Assembly (NCBI RefSeq): GCF_006345805.1
Contig: NW_021832828.1
Coordinates: forward strand, 82,276 to 146,275
Reading direction: 5' to 3'
DNA: 64,000 nucleotides
DNA from: Octopus sinensis
Taxonomy: Eukaryota
The notes beneath the pieces were generated by a model. That model worked only from the letters and a program-made list of their open reading frames with translations, made no database searches and was not told the DNA's origin. Shown in pieces: positions 49,103 to 58,100 of this stretch. Each line of letters opens with the position of its first letter. The stretch's first letter is position 1. The translations under genes were made by a program, and so were the position numbers.

Positions 49103-52100
49103 TACTTGTCGGACCCTCTTGGACTGTCCAACGTGTGCCACCAGCACGGAAGGTGGACTATATCACATTAAAATGCCGGTGTCTAACGTTTCTAATAAAA
49201 AAAACAAAGAAAAACACTGTGAACGTCCAACAGGCTGTGAAGGGAGGTAACTTTTAACAGCAGGCTTTAGCACCGCCATTTCCACGTATTACATTTTCTG
49301 TCTTTGGCAATTTGAGCGGCAGAAGACAGCCTCGCTCTATTGGCTCCGTCTCTTTGCAATCGAAGCTCAAATCCCGCCGAGGTTCTCTTTACCTTTCATT
49401 TCTCTCAGAGTCATAAAGTAAAAAAAAAGTACCAGTTTAGGGTGGTAAGAATGTCAGAATATGTCTTGTGGTATTTGTTCCAGCTCTTTTCGTTCTGAGT
49501 TCAATTCCTTATATGGCCTACATGACTGGTAGACTTTTCCCCCTCTTTGTTCCATCAGCTGGCAGCTTGGGTGCCTTTAGTAAAGTCCAGTCTGTTGCAT
49601 TTGTTTGGCCAGATCTTTGGTTTGAGGAGACTGTCCCTGTGTCTGACCAATCTTGAGAACCCTGGTAAAGGGTCATGGGCATTGTCTTCTCTCCTGATGA
49701 AAAGATAAAAAAAACTAAAAAAAACGTTGCCACAGTGGTTAAGAACTCCGCTTGTGATTACAGGTTCAGTCCTACTGCACAACATTTTGGCCAAGTGTCT
49801 ACTATGGGTCCCAGGCGGGCCAATGCATTGTGAGTAAATTTAGTAGGCTGAAGCCTGTTGTGTGTGTTCGTGCCTGTACACACTTGACCGTCCCACCACT
49901 GTTTGATAACCAGTGCTGGCATGTTTATACCCCAGTAACTTAGTAGTTTGATAAAGAGATTGTTAAAATATGTATCAAACTTTTAAAAAAAAAAGTACTG
50001 GGATTGATTTGTTCAACTAAACTCTTCATGCTGGTGCTTTAGCATTGTCATTGTCCAGTGACTAAAACAAGTAAAAGACATGTTAAGCAGTGTCATATAA
50101 AAAGCACTCATGTCGGTGCCATGTGAAGGCGCTCATGCCAGTAGCATGTTAAAAGTACCAAGCACACACTGTAAAGTGGTTGGCATTAGGAAGGGTATCC
50201 AACCATTGAACCCATGCCAAATCAGACAGGAACATGGTGCAGCTCTCTCGCTTGCCAGCTGTGGTCAAACCATCTGATCCATGGAAAATGGACATTAAAG
50301 AATGATGATCTCAGTACTTAATTCACTGGCTGGCACATTCACAACCATTTACAAACTGTAGTAGTTGTGTTAACAGTAACATACCAGTTATAGTCTGTTC
50401 ATTCAACCCCTACTGTCACAGACATCCTGTAAATGCCAGGCCTGCCATCCTCCCTCCTTTGACTATGCCATAAAAAAAAATAAATGAAACAGGGTATAGA
50501 AGGGGTGTGACTAGTCAGTTTGTAGTAGTAGTAGTAGTAGTAGTAGTAGGGAAAATAAATGGCATTTCAGTGATCCTATGGTTGAAATTTGTTGTTGGTT
50601 TGTGATAAAGAAGATAGAGAGAAGAAGAGACATTCTGATGTGATGTTGTGGTTGGAACTAATTGTGATATCTGTGATCTTTTCAGTTGATGATATCTAGG
50701 AATAATTTTTCTCCACGTTTTTTTCCCTTTACAGAAAAGAATTATGAGCAAGCTCGGTACCATTTCCTGCACTCAACAGATGGTGCCAACACTGCTGCTC
50801 TACTCATTGAATATCACGTATCTCGGGGATTTCCTAGCGAGGTCGACTTATTTATTGCCCAAGCTGTGTTGCAGTGAGTTGCTTATTTCTGTAATATGTA
50901 TATATCTGTGTGTGTGTGTGTGTGTGTGTTAATATATATACCTTTTCCAATATTCATCTCTTTTTCCACTTTAATTTCCAGCTCCATACTGATTTCTCCC
51001 ACCTCACTCTTGTATAATGTGAGCAGCCCTGTATCTGCTTTACAACAAGAAACCCATTCTGCGCTCACCCTTCCTACATACTCTAACCTTTCATTACCTG
51101 GCATAAATTTACCTCCCTCTCTACTAGCCTTACTCAGTTGATGAGGGTTTTAGTCTTGTGAGCCACATAGCAACCACATTAGTCCTGCTGCTATGAAAGA
51201 AAAAAAGCATCCAGTAAGTAAACTGTAATGTGATTGGCGTTTGGAGGGTCATCAAACTCTAGAAACCATGCCAAAACAGATATTAGAACATGATGCAGTC
51301 CTATGACCCATTAGATTTTGTTGAATCGTCCAACCCATGCCAGCATGGAAGACAGACGTTAAAAGTGAATGGTGAATTACTTGGCATAAAATTTGGAGTG
51401 AAGGAATGGCACCTATTGTCAGTCAATCAAATAGCGAGAAGAGTTATCTTCCTTGTTTAATGGCACAAAATAGTGACTAGAGCTATCCTCTTTGTGCTAT
51501 ACCCCACTTCAGTTTTTCAAAAAAAGCATGGGTCCCACCATATATGGACAAAGTCAGTACACACAAATTTTCAAATAAAGGTTTAATTAAAACTTTATTG
51601 CAAATTTTATTTAGTCATTACCTACTTACTCTCCATTTTGAAGTAACCCCCATCCTACCAAGATATTGTCATGTCCCTGCCAGTGGGGGCAGGTGTGCTC
51701 CCTCTCCCTCAACACTGGACTAAAGCAGAGTTTGATTTCATAACGACGTAGGTCAGTAAGACAAACAATTGTATTGATCATTGTATGTTATTGAACATCA
51801 CTGACAAGTGGAGAAGTATCTCAAGGTGATATTCATAAATGATGGTAAGTCAGAAGCTGAACTGGATGGTCTTCAGAAGAGGAGAAGTTGGTTGAAATGC
51901 TAAACTCACTATCTTCTGTTTGTTTTCTCATGCCTATCCTCACCTATGGTCATGAATGTGGGGTATTGACCAAAAGAGTAAGACTGAAATGCAGTTCATT
52001 CACACGGTCTTCAGAGTAACATTTCTTGGCCATTTACATAACTTGGAGATCAGGAAGTCTCGCCAAGTGGAGCTGCTACTTCTCTGCACTGAGAAGTCAC

Positions 52101-55100
52101 AGTTCCAGCATTATAGACAAGTGATTAGAATGTCTCATAAAAACAATTGCAAGATGAATTCTTCAAGTTGAGCCAACTAGCAGGAGACCCAACGGGAGAC
52201 TAAGAACAGGATAGTTGGATGATATCCATAGTCTCAGTTGGTTAAACTTGGGGATCCGACTGCTTCTGAAATAGAACCTTGTGGAGGAGGCACCCTAGGA
52301 CTATTTCTCCATGACCCAAAAATAATGGCCAGAGAAGATTGATAGACTGATGGATTAACTATATGTTACTTAATTTTTCACCTCATAACATTTTTGTTTA
52401 ACCCTTTAATATTGAATCTGGCCAATCCAGCCCAAGTATTATACCTATTTTATGTACTGACTGACCATATTCAGCCTCTCACACAAACCCTATAATGCCA
52501 TACTAAAATTAAACAGGCACATCATCAAAATCTCAAAGCTAAGAGATAATGCATGGATAATTCAAAACAATGTGAATAAATCAGTATTACATTAGACAGA
52601 ATAATATGACTACTAAAGGGTTAATATCCCTCTTGTTATGAGTGAAGTGGATTTGTATTGAAGTAATTACTTTAACAACATACTTTGGACCCAGGTTGCA
52701 ATATGGCTTGCTCAGGGATCTCAGTACAATAGTTATGTTGCTAGAGATCCTGTATTTGGATCTCACTTTTATACAAATCTATATTTTGTTAAAAACTGTT
52801 TTTATTTTTCAGGTTCTTGTGCCTTCAAAATAAAGATACAGCTAATATTGTATTCTTGAAGTACACCAAGGAACATCCTCACCTGAAAAAAGGACCACCT
52901 TTCCTGATGCCATTATTGAACTTCATTTGGTTTTTGCTCTTAGCTTTGGACACGTAAGTATAGATTATTCATGGCTGAGAGGCAGAGAGAGAGAGAGAGA
53001 GAGAGATGAATGAATGAATGAATGAATGAACTTTCACTTTAGCTTTATGTCTAAAAGTCGATTGTATTATTTCACAGTAACAGGGCAGTTAAGACGGCCA
53101 AAGCAAATTGCATTAATACCTCACTTTATGATGTTTGGATAAAACTATAATCGCTTTGGTTTAGCACCTGTTTTTCATGTTGTTCCTGAAGATGAAACTA
53201 TTAAGAAAATTGCCTTGTCTTTCAGTACTACTGCTTTTGTAGTACTGATAATATCTGCAGATATTGAGTTTTCATAGCCACACATTTTGTGAAAGGAATA
53301 AACCCATTTATACCACTTTCTTCATGTGCCATATTTTGCTTTTTTTTTATATAAGCATTAGTGTTCAATGGTATATTATATGTGTGTCTGTGTGTGTAAT
53401 TTAAAAACCAGTTGCACTGTATTTGTTTTCTGAAGATGTTAGCATTTCTTGATTAAATATCATTTTTGTTGCAGAGGAAAAGTCAGTCTGTTTACTATCT
53501 TATGTGAAAAATATGAAACTTCAATCAACAGAGATCCAGCTTATAAGGAGGTATGTTTTATTTTTGTTTTGTCATCATTGCTGTTGTTATCTTCCTCCTC
53601 TAGCATCATCACTTCATCCTCCACTACCATCACTTGCACCTCCTCTCTGGCTCTTTACCTTCTCAGTTCAAGGTCAGCTTCAGTCAGCTTCACCTTTGGT
53701 TTTTCTGGGGGTTGACATACTCAACTACACCTACTTCTCAAATTTAAGCCCTTTGTGCCAAAGTTGGGAATTAGTACTGGAAGAAATTCCATTTGCTGCA
53801 CCAAGTGTAAACTATGGACACATAAGAGGTGCAGTGGAATCACAGGTAGATTAACAGATAAAGTTGTCTTTGTATGTAGCAGATGTGCAGGAATAATAAG
53901 CACTAAGAGCACATGGGACTTAGATTCTCTCAAATGCCCAGGAGGCTCTCTTGAGGTTGTGGATGGTTTCTGTTACTTAGGTGACCAAATTAGCAATGGT
54001 GTTCAGAGAGCTATTACCTCTGTTGGCAACAAAAGGACTCTCTTTCTCAGAGTGAAAGATAGACTACATGATGCTTGTATGTGAATGGCTATACTCCATG
54101 GTAGTGAGACATGGGCTCTGAATGCAGAAGATAAGCATAGACTGGAGAGAAATAAAGGTAGTATGCTCTTTTGAATATGCAACAGTGCATATGTACGACA
54201 AAGTGCAAATGTATTGAGAGAAAAGTTAGGTGTGAGAGGAATCAAATGTAGCATGCAAGAGAGAAAACTATGTTGGTTTGGACATGTGATGTATATGAAT
54301 GAGGACAGCTGCATAAAGAAGTACCAGTCATTGAAAGTGGATGGTACCTGTGGAAGAGGGAGACCCAGAAAGAAGTTGGATGAAATGGTAAGGACCAATC
54401 TCAGGATGTTGGGCATCATGGAGGAAATGACAATGGACCAAGATGTCTGATGATATGAAGTTCTAGAGAAGACCTGCCTATGTCAGCGAAACTGAGTTCT
54501 AGAAGCCCTGTGTGTGTGTGTGTCACCCACACTTAACAAGAAAACTTCTCACACGCCCTGCCATAACAAATCAAACTACATCTCTTCTCTTCCTCACATT
54601 TCTGCTTCATGCATTATGCTTACCTCCCACTCCGCAGTCCCCTTCCTCTTGGCCCTGTGCCACTGTATCATTGCTCTCTGCTAGTCCCGACCTGTGTGTT
54701 CCACCCATATGTCCTGCCTCACTGTATTATTACTATCTGCTAGCACACCCAACCTGTGTTCCACCCACATATAACAAGAAAACTTTTTACTCACCCTATC
54801 CCAACAAACCAACCTACATCTCCTCATCTCTTCCTCACATTTCCTCCTTTATACTGTATGCCTAGCTCTCACTTCCCAATCCTGTCCTCATGTCCCTGAT
54901 CCTCTGTATCGTTGCTATTCAGTAGCAACCCCCACTCCAACTCTATATATACCCAGATTTTCACCACTCGCTCCGCCTCCTCTGCACTCTATAATCACAC
55001 TTCCTTTGCAATATCCTGCCACTTATATTATGGTGTTTGAACTTCAAGGGTATGCTCTGGCACTTGCCACCATCTATATCTCTCTCTTCCTTTACTCAAC

Positions 55101-58100
55101 CATCCCATTTATACTTTGATCACCATTCCTTGTGAATATGCCCAGCATTTTACCACCATCTCTATCCTGCTGCCTCCCACTCTCTCCTTCTCCTGCACTT
55201 CCCTCAGGTTGGGTTACCATGTATTTCCTTTGCGGTAGCGCACCTGTTTTTGTCTTCGTTCCTGATCGATCTCTCTCTCCGGCTGGGTAACCCTGTCCCT
55301 CCTCCACAGCAAGACACCTGTATCTGTCTCACCATAACCTTTCATCATTCGACACAAGATCACCTCCTCCAATTGAAAGTTTTTTGTTTTTGTCGTGCAA
55401 GTACTTGGTGACTCTGTCAGTGCAGGTGCCACTTAAAAGCACCCAACTCACACTGTAAAGTGGTTGGTATTTGGAAGGGCATCCAGCTGTAAAAACCTTG
55501 CCAAAACTGACCTCACCTGTGCTTGTGCCACGTAAAAAGCATTTAGTCCACTCTGCTGAATGGTTGGCGTTAGGAATGGCATGCAGCTGTAAAAATCCTG
55601 TCAAAATGGTCACTGAAATCTGATGCAGGCTCCTGCCTGGCCGACTCTTGTGAAACCATCCCACCTATGCTAGCACGGAAGGCAGATGTTAAATGATGAT
55701 GATGATGATGATTATTAAAAGGAGCAGTGGATGGCAAAATCAAGAGAACATTAGAGCAAAAAAAAAATAGACCTAGTTAAATCATGAATGAATATAACTA
55801 AATGTTGAAAGGCTTTTAGGTTGAGATTCATATGCATAGGTAAATGTGTTTAATCAAATTAATTGATTTGCTTTAATGAAGATGATGATGATTGACATAG
55901 GGTAAAAGTGCAGCACTATTATTATAAAAGAATCATAAAAGTTTGATATTATGTATTTGGGTAAAACTGTGATACTATTGTGGCCTCCACTCCTTAGTTG
56001 ATTGGTCTCATGTCACCTAATTTACTGCCTCTTTTCTTGTTGCCTGTATTGTTTCAAGCCTTCAGGTAATGCATTAATCACTATGCCTAGGTTGTCCTCT
56101 CTTCTCCGGGGCCAACAAGAACAGCAACTATGTTGATCTCATTCATTCTGGAAAGTATCATCATCATCGTCTGTTTTCCCTGCTAGCACAGGTTGGATGG
56201 AATGTAAAGTCAAAACAAAAAAAAACTTTTTTTTTTTACTTTTCTAGTCGGGAAGAAAATGTTCTTGACTTTTCACAGGGCCTTGAGATTTGTAGGAGAG
56301 AGAGAGAGAGAGCACGGAGTATATCCTCAAACCAAAAACTTGGCTTAAATGCTTGCAACAGGGTAGACTTAATATTACCAAGAATATCACGTGGTGGTGT
56401 TAAACTCTGACAGTCGAAGTCTACTACAGTCAATGCAGGCCACTGTGGGATTATGAACTTGGGACACAGGAGCTGGAACAAATGTCACAAGGCACCTGGT
56501 CTGATGTTTTTACAGTTTTGCTAATTCACTGACCTGGATTAGTTTTTAAAAAATATTTTTTATCTACTCCTTAAGAATGAAATGCAAAGTTGATTCTACT
56601 GGGATTTGAACTTAGAACACAGAGTATCAGAACAGATATACTCTGAGGTATTTAGGAATTGGTAGAGACTCTGCTATGACTTTGTGCTTCATCATACTTT
56701 TTCGTCACAGTTGTTGAAGTTATAAAAAGTATTGAAGAGAGGTAGAGGTCTCCTCATGTCTACCTGTGCTTACAAACTGTTCGTTGTTGAGTCAGATAAA
56801 CAAGTTGATAAAAGAAAGAGATCTCACGTTAGTGGAACATTATCAGGACTAATTTGCTAATTAGCATCAGGTTTCCACTATATCGTTAATTAAATGCTAA
56901 CACTAAAGGTAATAATTGTAGCAATTTCAAGACGTTGAAGCTTAGGTTTCAGGCTTTACCACTAAAAGTTCGAAATGAGTTACTTCCCTTCTTTCGTTTC
57001 TATAAGGAAAGCCTTGAATTCTCAGTATTTGAACACGAGACAATTTTCTTAACACATTCATCCTTCCGAGAATGGGAGGTTCTTGTAGAATGAAATTGGT
57101 TCTAAACTGAAGCTATTACAATGTTAACCAGACGATAAACAGTTAAGTACCAATGTGATTTGTGTAAAGCTTACAGTTCTACGTTGTTTTTCAACCATTG
57201 ACCATTTGGAAAACTGACTTTTCCATATACATTGTCATAACTGAGCTGCTGATCATTGTAAGCAATCAGCTTTACATAATAATCAATTATCAGTCATCAT
57301 TAGCTACTGTTAATCACCAGCAACCACTATCAATCACAATCAACCATTATCAGTCTCCATTAACCACCATCACCCATCTATAAACAATTGTTACATTTTC
57401 ATTGTTTTTTTTTTCTCCCCCTCAGTATCTTGACAGAATAGGGCAGCTGTTTTTTGGGCTTCCTCCTCCAAAGCAGTCTCCACATGGAATTCTTGGTAAG
57501 TTAATTGGAACAACCTCTCTAAAAAAAAATCTCCTGAATATGCAAATTACTAAATTATAAGTGACTTCTTGTTAAAAAATATTTAAATCACAACTTGTTG
57601 ATTAAAACAAAAATAAAATGAAAAAGTCGCAAAATCGGAATTAATTTTTTTGTTGAAAATTTGTTATTCATTTTGCTTTATGAAGTTAGAAATTGAGAAA
57701 GATTTCAGTGATGTGATTGTCTGTTTTTAGAATGACATTGTAGTGTAGGTGGGAGAGGCCACAGCATTGCTTTTGTACCTTTTACAGAACCTCTGTGATT
57801 AATGGGAGAGAGGGAGGGTAGAAGGAATGTAGGAAGGAAGAAAGCTCTTTAGAAGCTACAGACGTAATAGTCAAAATTCTTGTAGGTGTCCACAAAGTCC
57901 ACCATCTGAGTAGGCCATGGCAAAATTTGAACTCTAAATGCAAAGAACTGAAATAAATTTTGAAAGGTATCCACTCTGACATTCTAATGTCTCTGCAAAT
58001 CTTCTGCTTTGGATAGGTACTTCATTGACTTCTTAAAGCAAAGTTGACTTTAATGATATTTAAACACAAAACATGGGGCAGCAGAACAAACTCTTTGAGG

